A stretch of DNA of 64,000 bases from a virus. The stretch spans positions 10,983 through 74,982 of IMG/VR virus record IMGVR_UViG_3300017917_001616. The stretch is one strand, 5' to 3'. The position numbers and the translations under genes are program-made. Of the stretch, positions 8,908-17,233 are shown in pieces (the first letter of the stretch is position 1; each line of letters opens with the position of its first letter). The notes under the pieces are model-generated. The model made no database searches and had not been told where the DNA came from. It worked only from the letters and a program-made list of their open reading frames with translations.

Positions 8908-9765
8908 ATGGGCGGTATAGCGTCCGACTTAAGGGTAAGTGCAGTAATGCACCCAAAGCAAGGTTTCCTATAAACTTGCGCTGTAGCAATACAGTCCATC
9001 TATGCAAGCCTGAACTAGAGTTGACTCGGTTATCCGAAAGCAACTCCCGTCCGTAGAAAGGCGGTAGGCAGTAAGTTAGGAATGGTGTCCGAAAGGATAG
9101 TCGCAGAGCCAGTCGGTGAGCGATAAGAGGGTTGGCGCCCAAACACCGTTCAGCCAAACTAACGAATGCTGAAAGTTAACAGGTAGCTACAGAGTCTGAG
9201 CCCGCAAGCAAAGGCATGGTAGCATCTTGAGAGTGGAAGGGTTAGGCCCCGGATACTTGAAAAGACGTTGAGTAGTCCGCAAGACGAAAGACAGTTGGTG
9301 TGTTGTATTCTGTATCTAACAAGATATGGAGCAACTGGGGCAGCACATCGAAGTAGGTTCGCAATATTGCATAACGGTAATGCAATCGTATTATCAAACG
9401 ACAGACTGTGGGTTCGATTCCCACTGTTGCACACAAAAGCGAAAGACTGTCCCGGTATACTACGAAAGGTGGTTAATGCCACACTCGAAAGAGAATGTGG
9501 TCTACAGATGCTCGCAAGGCGGACGTAGTTGTTCGGAAAGATAGCGTAACTTCTTAGCGGAAGTGAACTGCTCGCAAGGCAGGCGAAGGATAGAAGGACG
9601 AGTAGTAGTATGCGACGAGAGAAACGCCACTCTCCAAAAAAGGCACCACTGGAAGATACAGGATGACCGTAAAAGGCTCCTGTGGATAACGAGAGAACGT
9701 GGCTCGCAAGGCTAACGGTAATGCTCAAAGGCTTCCATCCTATGCTGTAATCTCAAGCTAGGCAA
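8908..9765 (+). ncRNA. GOLLD-like giant ncRNA
   Basis: ~860 nt, no credible ORF, dense GNRA-capped hairpins (gcaa, gaaa), in a phage tRNA cluster, 3' end gctgtaatctcaagc; matches my recollection of GOLLD. Confidence 0.7.
9361..9430 (+). ncRNA. tRNA-like domain embedded in the GOLLD-like RNA
   Basis: gcaata/tgttgc acceptor, D arm, 8-nt anticodon loop, gtgggttcgattcccac T arm, no CCA. Confidence 0.65.
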
Positions 9766-9769
9766 AACA

Positions 9770-9855
9770 TTACGTTTTGATGATACACATATATACTAAC
9801 AGAGGCTTAGTCCGGAGAGCGTTATGCCAAGTTTATGTGTATCTTCTAAGCGTAA
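9770..9855 (+). ncRNA. Closed-stem small RNA (family A, copy 1)
   Basis: ttacgttttgatgatacacata / tatgtgtatcttctaagcgtaa. Confidence 0.55.
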
Positions 9856-9869
9856 AATAAATACTTTAC

Positions 9870-9945
9870 GGGCTCTTAGCTCAGTTGGGAGAGCGGTAGC
9901 TTTGCAAGCTTCAGGTCAGCGGTTCGATCCCGCTAGGGTCCACCA
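9870..9945 (+). tRNA. tRNA-Ala(TGC)
   Basis: G3:U70, tttgcaa loop, CCA. Confidence 0.92.
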
Positions 9946-9952
9946 AAATAAT

Positions 9953-10027
9953 GCGGGTGTAGCTCAGGGGTAGAGCGGCTGCTTGCCAAGCACCAGGTCA
10001 CGGGTTCGAATCCCGTTACCCGCTCCA
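9953..10027 (+). tRNA. tRNA-Gly(GCC)
   Basis: cttgccaag, U73, CCA. Confidence 0.9.
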
Positions 10028-10081
10028 AGTTAGGTTTTCGGTTAAGCCATTTAAAACCGTAAATGTATGTGAGAGGACAAT

Positions 10082-10336
10082 ATGAAAACTTTAGAAGAAA
10101 AAGAACAGTTTTACACTAAATGTGGAGAACTATTGGGAATAGAACACGTTTACACTACACCGGTTCCTAGACGTAACAGATGGAATACAAGACGATTAGG
10201 TAACGGTCGGTATCCCGGGTTTGGGTTGATACACTGTTATGGTAGTAGTGTGCGAGTTATGAGTAAACACGGAACACGTATGTTTAGCTCATACGAAGCG
10301 GTATATGAATATTTGTTAAAAGTTTTGCCCTTATAG
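10082..10336 (+). CDS. Hypothetical protein (stop codon inside next tRNA)
   Basis: gagga RBS, 84 aa. Confidence 0.65.
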   Translation: MKTLEEKEQFYTKCGELLGIEHVYTTPVPRRNRWNTRRLGNGRYPGFGLIHCYGSSVRVMSKHGTRMFSSYEAVYEYLLKVLPL

Positions 10337-10402
10337 CTCAGCTGGTAGAGCATCTGATTTGTAATCAGAGGGTCGGGAGTTCAAGTCTCTCTGGGGGCAC
10401 CA
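10327..10402 (+). tRNA. tRNA-Thr(TGT)
   Basis: tctga-tttgtaa-tcaga, CCA. Confidence 0.93.
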
Positions 10403-10408
10403 AAATTT

Positions 10409-10484
10409 GGCTCGGTAGCAAAAGCGTCGAATGCGTGATCTTGCAAAGATCGAGGTGGTGGTTAAAGTCCATCCTGAGCCTCCA
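10409..10484 (+). tRNA. tRNA-Cys(GCA), divergent
   Basis: gatc-ttgcaaa-gatc, U73, atypical D and T loops. Confidence 0.7.
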
Positions 10485-10494
10485 AAAACTAAAT

Positions 10495-10578
10495 GGTCGG
10501 TGGCCCGGATGGTAAGGGGATGGACTGCAACTCCATAGCACTGCAAAGTAATGTGTTCGATTCACATACCGACCTCCA
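10495..10578 (+). tRNA. tRNA-Cys(GCA) with extended variable region
   Basis: atgga-ctgcaac-tccat, U73, CCA, 84 nt. Confidence 0.8.
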
Positions 10579-10597
10579 AGTTTTTATAAATATATGT

Positions 10598-10987
10598 ATG
10601 AAGATATTTGAGATCACAGCAAAACTTGTAAACAAGTATTATCCAGAGCCGGATGAGACTGAAGTTGGGTCTGATGTAAAGAATGTAAGAAATGAAGTAA
10701 ATCGAGTTGTTACATTGCCAATGAATCAAATTAAGTCTAGATTCGAAGGCGACGATAAAGCAGATCCTGCGTGGACTACAGCTAGAGCAAATATCGAAAA
10801 CATTAAAAAACAAATTAAAAAAGATGTCAAACAGCTACCTCCAATAGTTGTGAGAAGGCTTCCAAGAGAAAATACGTATCAAGTAATAGATGGTCACCAT
10901 CGTTACTTTGCATTTCGTGAAATGAATATTAAACTTATACCAGCTATAATACTAAATGCTGGACAAGTTACTGGTGACAAATATTAA
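10598..10987 (+). CDS. ParB/Srx N-terminal domain protein
   Basis: PPIVV...YQVIDGHHRYFA; TATAAATA late promoter upstream. Confidence 0.8.
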   Translation: MKIFEITAKLVNKYYPEPDETEVGSDVKNVRNEVNRVVTLPMNQIKSRFEGDDKADPAWTTARANIENIKKQIKKDVKQLPPIVVRRLPRENTYQVIDGHHRYFAFREMNIKLIPAIILNAGQVTGDKY

Positions 10988-10996
10988 AAATACAAT

Positions 10997-11073
10997 GCGG
11001 ATGTAGGCCAATTGGTAGAGTCGCTGCGCTTAGAACGCAGATGTTGGGGGTTCGAGTCCCTCCATCCGCACCA
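10997..11073 (+). tRNA. tRNA-Leu(TAG), short variable loop
   Basis: ctgcg-cttagaa-cgcag, CCA. Confidence 0.88.
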
Positions 11074-11081
11074 AAGGTTGA

Positions 11082-11156
11082 TGGGAAGTAGTTCAGTGGT
11101 AGAATAACTGACTTTGAATCAGCAGGTCGGAGGTTCGAGCCCTCCCTTCCCAACCA
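11082..11156 (+). tRNA. tRNA-Gln(TTG)
   Basis: U1:A72, ctttgaa loop, CCA. Confidence 0.9.
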
Positions 11157-11164
11157 AAAAATAT

Positions 11165-11241
11165 CCGAGTGTAGCTCAGTTTGGTAGAGCGCCTGGTTTG
11201 GGACCAGGATGTCGTGGGTTCAAATCCTGCTACTCGGACCA
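11165..11241 (+). tRNA. tRNA-Pro(TGG)
   Basis: cctgg-tttggga-ccagg, CCA. Confidence 0.92.
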
Positions 11242-11311
11242 ATAAATTGTAGTGTTGAGCAACGACAACAAGACTGCTACAGCGGTCTACTACATTCGGT
11301 AAGCGGGACCG

Positions 11312-11492
11312 TTCGTTGTAACAGCCAAACAAGACGACCGAAGTAAACTAGTTTAGACCTAGCGAAAAGGGCCAGCTGCCTGTGACGTGCATTCCGGGGT
11401 TAGAGAAGCTGGGGATATGGTTTCGGTGTTTACCTGAACAAAATATACTGTGGAATGTCGTTTTCTGTCTAAGAATAATCTGTTACAACGAA
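11312..11492 (+). ncRNA. Putative ~180-nt rod-like RNA
   Basis: ttcgttgtaacag/ctgttacaacgaa plus nested aagacgac/gtcgtttt, gtaaac/gtttac, ccagct/agctgg. Confidence 0.45.
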
Positions 11493-11537
11493 ATAGTAAC
11501 TCCGGATGATAGTAACCGGTTTATATAGAGATTCAAT

Positions 11538-11612
11538 GCGGGTGTAACTCAGAGGTAGAGTGTCAGCCTTCCAAGCTGTTCGTCGAGGGTTCGATTCCCT
11601 TCGCCCGCTCCA
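11538..11612 (+). tRNA. tRNA-Gly(TCC)
   Basis: cttccaa loop, U73, CCA. Confidence 0.93.
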
Positions 11613-11616
11613 AATT

Positions 11617-11691
11617 GCCGGTGTAGCTCAGTGGTAGAGCGACGGTCTCCAAAACCGTGCGTAGTGGGTTCGATTCCTACCTCCGGCGCCA
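11617..11691 (+). tRNA. tRNA-Trp(CCA)
   Basis: acggt-ctccaaa-accgt, CCA. Confidence 0.9.
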
Positions 11692-11942
11692 AACTTGGGA
11701 GTTAGCCGCCCAAAACCAGTGTCAACGACTTCTCATACAACTTGACACTCTAATAAACTTTTGTATCTGAGACGAGGCCATCTGCGTAGTGATGGCAGGC
11801 GTTGGTTGTGTTGGTCTTGAAAGAAACGCAACGGGTATTGATGCATGCCTAAGGAAAGGGTTGGCCCCCAGCATCGACTATTTTATGACCTAGCGTCACT
11901 GTATTGGTCTAGTCACCCTTATACACCTAGGTCTTCTTATTT

Positions 11943-12017
11943 GCGCCCTTGGACAAGATGGATTGTCAGAGGATTCTAACCCTTAGTAGACGGGATCGTT
12001 ACCCGTAGGGCGCACCA
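11943..12017 (+). tRNA. argU-like tRNA with irregular anticodon arm (TCT, or CTA in another register)
   Basis: gcgccct/agggcgc acceptor, gagg-attctaac-cctt. Confidence 0.65.
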
Positions 12018-12387
12018 AATATTTCTGGGTTATCCGAGACAATCTCCGCCACGGGCGGCTTGGCTGTTTATAAGTCTAGCAAAGCTAGTTAGATACTATA
12101 GGACATAGACGGTAACTTGGGGCGCTATAAATAAAAGGAGCAATACATGAGAATGACCAAAGAAGAAATTGAAACCGCAGTTCGAGTTTGGCCAGCTAAT
12201 GTAAAGGCTCCGATAACTCGAGACGAACAAATACAACTAATTATTACAGCACGTGAACGTCACGCTGCTAACAGAGAAAAAATTCGACAACTTTTAAAGG
12301 AGAATAATAATGTCGTAGATTGAATATGCTTGTAAGGAACTAGTTTTCCATTTCAACAAAAAACACTTAGAAGATGATACTATCCCG

Positions 12388-12903
12388 ATGTGGGTTATCA
12401 AGTTTCGTGGTGAAACATATTATGTTAACCATGTAGATTGCAGCGTTCCGTGGTCAACCAAAGAAACGCCAGATAACAATCACACCAAAGGCAGTATTAA
12501 AGTTAAAAACTGCTTAGTAGTAATTGATGATTCAAACACAGCAATTATTACACCATTGACTGAAGCAGATAAGAAAAAACTCGAAAGTAAGAAAAAATTT
12601 ACACGTATTATTACTAGCTATGGTGCAAAGTTGAAGGCAGCAATCAACGACTTAGGACTTGAAACTGGTTATATTAAAAAAGCAGGCGGTGGCTGTAGCA
12701 CGTTATGGTTCATCACCGAGTTGTATAATTACGATGAGTTTTTTCAACTTAAGTTTGCTATGACAGGCACAGACTTGCGAGTGTTAAAAGAAAACGAAGA
12801 CTACTTCAAAGCGTATGGTTCATCAACAGATGACCAAGAATATATCGACGACGAAGAAGATTTGTATGATGACGAGGATTACGAATCATTATACGAAACT
12901 TAG
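12388..12903 (+). CDS. Conserved phage hypothetical protein (true start probably 12310, interrupted by TAG)
   Basis: ORF; upstream in-frame ATG TCG TAG with aaggag RBS. Confidence 0.7.
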   Translation: MWVIKFRGETYYVNHVDCSVPWSTKETPDNNHTKGSIKVKNCLVVIDDSNTAIITPLTEADKKKLESKKKFTRIITSYGAKLKAAINDLGLETGYIKKAGGGCSTLWFITELYNYDEFFQLKFAMTGTDLRVLKENEDYFKAYGSSTDDQEYIDDEEDLYDDEDYESLYET

Positions 12904-13011
12904 ACTACAAACGTAGCAGTAACTAGGTTACTGCCCGTATAAAACCCCCGCTGTGATCCCGAGATAAGAACACAGAGGACCAGCACCCCACGCTTTCGAG
13001 CGTGGGTTTTT

Positions 13012-13086
13012 GCGGGATTAGCTCAGTGGTAGAGCCGCTCGTTTACACCGAGAAGGTCGGGAGTTCGAACCTCTCATCCCGCACCA
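13012..13086 (+). tRNA. tRNA-Val(TAC)
   Basis: tttacac loop, CCA. Confidence 0.92.
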
Positions 13087-13108
13087 ATTATTTTTATGGA
13101 CGTTATAT

Positions 13109-13735
13109 ATGGTTAAAATGACTTGTTACTCGGATGTTCCTGGATGGGGAGATTTTCCGATAGTATACCGTGATTTAGTTGCGTCACTGCCTGCTAACGC
13201 TAGTATACTTGAATTAGGTGTTGGGTTTGGACGTGGAACATGGACAATGCTCGACGCAATGACGGATACCATGTCACTTTATATAATTGATAGTTTTAAT
13301 GCAGTAGACACAGTAGATTTGTGGGAAAATTATTTCGAAACAGGTAGTCCGGTAACACTAAGTCGGGAAAATATATTAGAGTATGGAAATATGACTAAAA
13401 TATATAACCACTACGAAATCTTTTTACATAATATATGTCAACACACACGTTACTCTCAAATACAAGCAATACATGCTATATCAAGCGACGAGTATATTGC
13501 TTCGAATTTTAAGAATGATTTTGATCTTGTATTCCTAGACGGCGAGCATTCATATGAAGCTGTAAAGCAAGAACTTGAATACTTTAAAAATTCTGGCATA
13601 ATTTCTGGACATGACTACAATATTGAAACTTGGCCGGGTGTAATACAAGCGGTAACCGAATTTCTTGATAGTAACCCCGATCGGTATTTAAAAGTATACG
13701 AAGAAAATGAAGTATTTGTGATTTGCCGTCGTTAA
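13109..13735 (+). CDS. Class I SAM-dependent methyltransferase (Methyltransf_24-like)
   Basis: ILELGVGFGRGT, FDLVFLDGEHSYE, GHDY. Confidence 0.85.
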   Translation: MVKMTCYSDVPGWGDFPIVYRDLVASLPANASILELGVGFGRGTWTMLDAMTDTMSLYIIDSFNAVDTVDLWENYFETGSPVTLSRENILEYGNMTKIYNHYEIFLHNICQHTRYSQIQAIHAISSDEYIASNFKNDFDLVFLDGEHSYEAVKQELEYFKNSGIISGHDYNIETWPGVIQAVTEFLDSNPDRYLKVYEENEVFVICRR

Positions 13736-13773
13736 ACTGAATAATAAATAGTTTTAATTACGGAGATTACAAT

Positions 13774-14637
13774 ATGGTCTATCATTTAGAAAATTCTATC
13801 TGGAATAAAAAAAATCATCCAGAAGGACTTTCGCTGCCTATGATCGAAGATTTACCTAGGGTCAACTTATTATTAAAGCCTGCAATAGAAAGAAAGGCAA
13901 AAGACAAGATTGTTATTGACCTTGGGTGCGGCAGCGGATTATTGGGACTATATGCTTTTGACTACGGTGCAAAATTTGTTTATTTTGTTGAACAAGACCC
14001 TTTCATGATTGATACATTACGTAACAGTTTGCCTAAAATACTAGATCCTAACAAATTTAAAATTATTCATAAGTATGCACAAGACTTAACTTATGATGAT
14101 TTTGATTGTGGCGAACCAGAGTTATGTGTTAGTGAGTTACAAGGGCCGCAACTGTATGACGAAGGTTGCTATCAATGCACAATTCCTATACGAAGCATGT
14201 ATCAAAACTTAGTATTCATACCAGAAGTGTATCGACTCGATATCATTGAATCAGATGTAGACTATAGCAAATGGCCGTGGCCTCAAAGCGAAACACGTTT
14301 GTTAGAGCATTACAAATATATGTATTCTAAAATAGGTTGGACAAATGGGTTTATCGGATTAGACCGTCCTATCGAATTAGTAAATCCGAAAAAAATAGGT
14401 GAGCTTGTATACGACACAAGATCTGGTATTTTTAAAAACACATTTTCTACTGTTATTACTGCGCCAGAAGGCAAAATGATTAACATGTTTGGTTTTTGCC
14501 AATCTGACGAATTAGAAAATGTTACAACTAAATTTGGTTGGTATGTTTATCCCAGACAGGAACAGATGTTATTGACAGTTCATAATCCCAATACAGCTAT
14601 TGATTCTAGGATTATGTTTTCTTTAGCATTACAATGA
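13774..14637 (+). CDS. SAM-dependent methyltransferase (PrmA/PRMT-like motif I)
   Basis: VIDLGCGSGLLG..A...GAKFVYFVE, VSE. Confidence 0.75.
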   Translation: MVYHLENSIWNKKNHPEGLSLPMIEDLPRVNLLLKPAIERKAKDKIVIDLGCGSGLLGLYAFDYGAKFVYFVEQDPFMIDTLRNSLPKILDPNKFKIIHKYAQDLTYDDFDCGEPELCVSELQGPQLYDEGCYQCTIPIRSMYQNLVFIPEVYRLDIIESDVDYSKWPWPQSETRLLEHYKYMYSKIGWTNGFIGLDRPIELVNPKKIGELVYDTRSGIFKNTFSTVITAPEGKMINMFGFCQSDELENVTTKFGWYVYPRQEQMLLTVHNPNTAIDSRIMFSLALQ

Positions 14638-14643
14638 AATTAT

Positions 14644-14717
14644 GCCGGTATAGCTGAGTGGTTTAGCAGCTGATTAGTAATCAGCCGACGGGAGTTCGAT
14701 TCTCTCTACCGGCACCA
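14644..14717 (+). tRNA. tRNA-Thr(AGT)
   Basis: gctga-ttagtaa-tcagc, CCA. Confidence 0.88.
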
Positions 14718-14735
14718 ATACTAAATACATGATAC

Positions 14736-15548
14736 ATGTTTGTAAAGGAATCGGCAATGGGTGTAAAATTTGTAATAGGGTTAACAGATGTAACAATACA
14801 TGAATCGTTTTATCCGACTCCGGACGTTGTTAACACATATCAAGGTCCCGCAGATCAATTTGAAAAAGTGGCATATTATGTTTTACAAAATAATAACGCT
14901 TCAATTGAGAAAGCATCGATAGAATGGACATTGGATACAACTCTTCCTGCTGTCAATACTGTGTTAGATATCATTGATACTGTAAAAATATCGCCCTTAA
15001 ATGTTACACACATATATGCTCACAAGTATACACAAGAAGTATTGCCTAGTTTGTTTGACACAGACTTTATCATTGAAATGAAAAATTTGGTCCCAGTGGA
15101 TGGGTTAGTGTTCCCTGAGTATACTAGTGTTGATTATGATAATATTTCAACAAACAAACCTCCGATGTATTGCAGTTTAGAATTAGACGGCACATGTGCT
15201 ACATTAACAAGTCAGGTTGAAGATGCACAAACACTTGCATACGCTATGTTTAACAATGATTTATCATATTTGGTTAACGGGCCTATGATAAAATATGTTT
15301 ATCCTACGTTTAGGGTAAATTTTAGACATAATGGAGAAACAGTGTTAAACAAATCTATGTCAGTGCAACAAACACAATGGATGCGTGATAACAAAGATTT
15401 TCTTGAATCTAAAGGATATTTCGAGTCTGATAATAAAAACAAATTAGGATCTCTTGTGATAGGTCAACTTGTAGGTAGCTATCAAGATGCATTTGCAAAA
15501 GCACAACAGTATACCAGAATTTGCAGAGTTGAAATAATAAGGGATTAA
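14736..15548 (+). CDS. Hypothetical protein (paralog of next gene)
   Basis: Shared KFVxGLTDV start and ..RICR C-terminus. Confidence 0.75.
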   Translation: MFVKESAMGVKFVIGLTDVTIHESFYPTPDVVNTYQGPADQFEKVAYYVLQNNNASIEKASIEWTLDTTLPAVNTVLDIIDTVKISPLNVTHIYAHKYTQEVLPSLFDTDFIIEMKNLVPVDGLVFPEYTSVDYDNISTNKPPMYCSLELDGTCATLTSQVEDAQTLAYAMFNNDLSYLVNGPMIKYVYPTFRVNFRHNGETVLNKSMSVQQTQWMRDNKDFLESKGYFESDNKNKLGSLVIGQLVGSYQDAFAKAQQYTRICRVEIIRD

Positions 15549-15554
15549 TATTAC

Positions 15555-16316
15555 ATGCTAAAATTTGTAGTAGGCTTAACAGATGTAGTTGATTACGAAG
15601 GGTTTGTATACAACGAGTCAAACAAAGATGATCCAGGTGTATATTACAACATACGTAAAGCATCTGTAGAAATAGAAAAAGCAAAATTAGAATGGAAGAT
15701 ATACACAGATATTGATGCTGCTAAAAATTCCATTATGCTTTGGGAAAAAATAATAAGAATACCTCATTTGTGCATGATCGGTTCTCATTCACAAGAATAC
15801 AAGTTTTATCCAGAGTTTAAAGAATATAATTTTTCTATCTCTTATGTTAACTTATTGCCAATGGGATTAGAATACGTAAAGAAGTTTACAGATGATGATT
15901 ATGATAAGTGTAATGGCGAACCTGACTTTGGAGATCTATGTATACATATGTGCGAAGACATAAACGGGTTACCACAGCACGATTCTAATATTATCGGTGC
16001 CTTTAGTGCAAATGATATAAATTTGTTACCGGATGCATCAATAAGAGGTGATGTATTACCTAGATACTTTATTAATTTTCCGTTACGTGGAAATTCAAAA
16101 CCAAATCGTTGGATCAAGCAAGCAAATTTTGCAGAGTTTGTTGACAACAATAAAGAAACCATCATATCAAAAGGGTATGATATAAGTTCTAATAGAATCG
16201 AAAATTATGGTCCTATTACAATTGGTAAACTGCTTAACGACCCAAACGAAACTTACGATTTCTTAACAAAATATCCGAGGATATGCAGAACAAGTTTTGT
16301 CCAAACAGAAGAATAA
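15555..16316 (+). CDS. Hypothetical protein (paralog of previous gene)
   Basis: Shared KFVxGLTDV start and ..RICR C-terminus. Confidence 0.75.
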   Translation: MLKFVVGLTDVVDYEGFVYNESNKDDPGVYYNIRKASVEIEKAKLEWKIYTDIDAAKNSIMLWEKIIRIPHLCMIGSHSQEYKFYPEFKEYNFSISYVNLLPMGLEYVKKFTDDDYDKCNGEPDFGDLCIHMCEDINGLPQHDSNIIGAFSANDINLLPDASIRGDVLPRYFINFPLRGNSKPNRWIKQANFAEFVDNNKETIISKGYDISSNRIENYGPITIGKLLNDPNETYDFLTKYPRICRTSFVQTEE

Positions 16317-16413
16317 TTTTTTTTGTGTAATACGTCTAAATTGTCAAAGAAAACGGTTGACGAAGATAAATAAAAGCACTATATTACTAACATAAGCAAA
16401 AGGAAATCAAGAG

Positions 16414-16503
16414 ATGACTCACAATACTAAACACATGATTAGCATTAAGCGTTTTGAACGCCACGAGTATCTCTTTGGATTCTCGGAGGGTTATAGCGGA
16501 TAA
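16414..16503 (+). CDS. Putative attenuator leader peptide (29 aa)
   Basis: aagga RBS; MTHNTKHMISIKRFERHEYLFGFSEGYSG; after ttgacg..tatatt promoter. Confidence 0.6.
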   Translation: MTHNTKHMISIKRFERHEYLFGFSEGYSG

Positions 16504-16529
16504 GTGTATATACACATAAACGCAATGAC

Positions 16530-16561
16530 ACCCTCCAGTAGAGATACTAGGAGGGTTTTTT
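16530..16561 (+). terminator. Conditional intrinsic terminator (attenuator)
   Basis: accctcc..ggagggt plus T-run; alternative pairing with the leader ORF. Confidence 0.75.
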
Positions 16562-16697
16562 ATTAGGCTAAAGTGGAAATGCGGAACGAGACTGCGAGTA
16601 ACCACTATAAACAAACTCAAATGGGCGTGTTAGAAGATGAAACGACCGGTGGTAACGGCGGAGTAAAAATCTAGCAGCAAGCTAATAATTTTGTTTT

Positions 16698-16768
16698 GGC
16701 GACACGGCAAGTGCCGACTCGGCTCTCATAAGGCTGATGATTTGGAGCGTTACCAAATGTCGCTACCA
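16698..16768 (+). tRNA. Minimal tRNA(CAT) with reduced D arm
   Basis: ggcgaca/tgtcgct, cggct-ctcataa-ggctg, atypical T loop, CCA. Confidence 0.6.
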
Positions 16769-16770
16769 AC

Positions 16771-16896
16771 AACTCTATTTTTAGAATAGGCAGAGCAAGT
16801 AAGCAAAAGTAGTTACATTCCCTAGTGTAGCGAAAAGAGGAGCAGGTTTAGGGACCCGGAGCATATCCCCTCGCTGCCTTTTGTAAAAGTAGAGTT
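16771..16896 (+). ncRNA. Closed-stem small RNA (family B)
   Basis: aactctatttt...aggcag / ctgcct...aaaagtagagtt. Confidence 0.5.
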
Positions 16897-16900
16897 TTAT

Positions 16901-16975
16901 TGCCTCTTAGCTCAGTGGTAGAGCAATCCCCTGATAAGGGATAGGTCACTAGTTCGAATCTAGTAGGGGCAACCA
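16901..16975 (+). tRNA. tRNA-Ile(GAT)
   Basis: atccc-ctgataa-gggat, CCA. Confidence 0.92.
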
Positions 16976-16981
16976 ATTATA

Positions 16982-17059
16982 TCTCGCATAGGACTACTCG
17001 GTGATGGTCGCTGGCCTTTCAAGTCGGAGAAACGGGTTCGAAACCCGTATGCGGGACCA
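16982..17059 (+). tRNA. tRNA-Glu(TTC)
   Basis: ctggc-ctttcaa-gtcgg, CCA. Confidence 0.8.
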
Positions 17060-17064
17060 ATAAC

Positions 17065-17140
17065 GCTTCTAACTGTCTAATGGAAAGGCAGGCGCCCGAT
17101 AAGCGTCTAGAAGGAAGTTCGATTCTTCCTAGAAGCACCA
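17065..17140 (+). tRNA. tRNA-Ile(GAT), C33 variant
   Basis: ggcgc-ccgataa-gcgtc, CCA. Confidence 0.75.
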
Positions 17141-17147
17141 AACACAT

Positions 17148-17233
17148 GTGCAGGTGGGTGAGTGGCTTAAACCAGCAGACTGTAACTCTGCCGCTGAGAA
17201 GCAACGTTGGTTCGAATCCAACCCTGCACACCA
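17148..17233 (+). tRNA. tRNA-Tyr(GTA)
   Basis: Long variable arm, ctgtaac loop, CCA. Confidence 0.92.

Noticed and set aside
10493-10597. N-terminal extension of the ParB-like ORF
   Set aside because: Overlaps tRNA-Cys; a late promoter supports the start at 10598.
7575-11332. Many ORF-track entries overlapping tRNAs and the GOLLD-like RNA (e.g. 9159-9728 minus)
   Set aside because: No RBS or protein-like composition; explained by structured GC-richer RNA genes.
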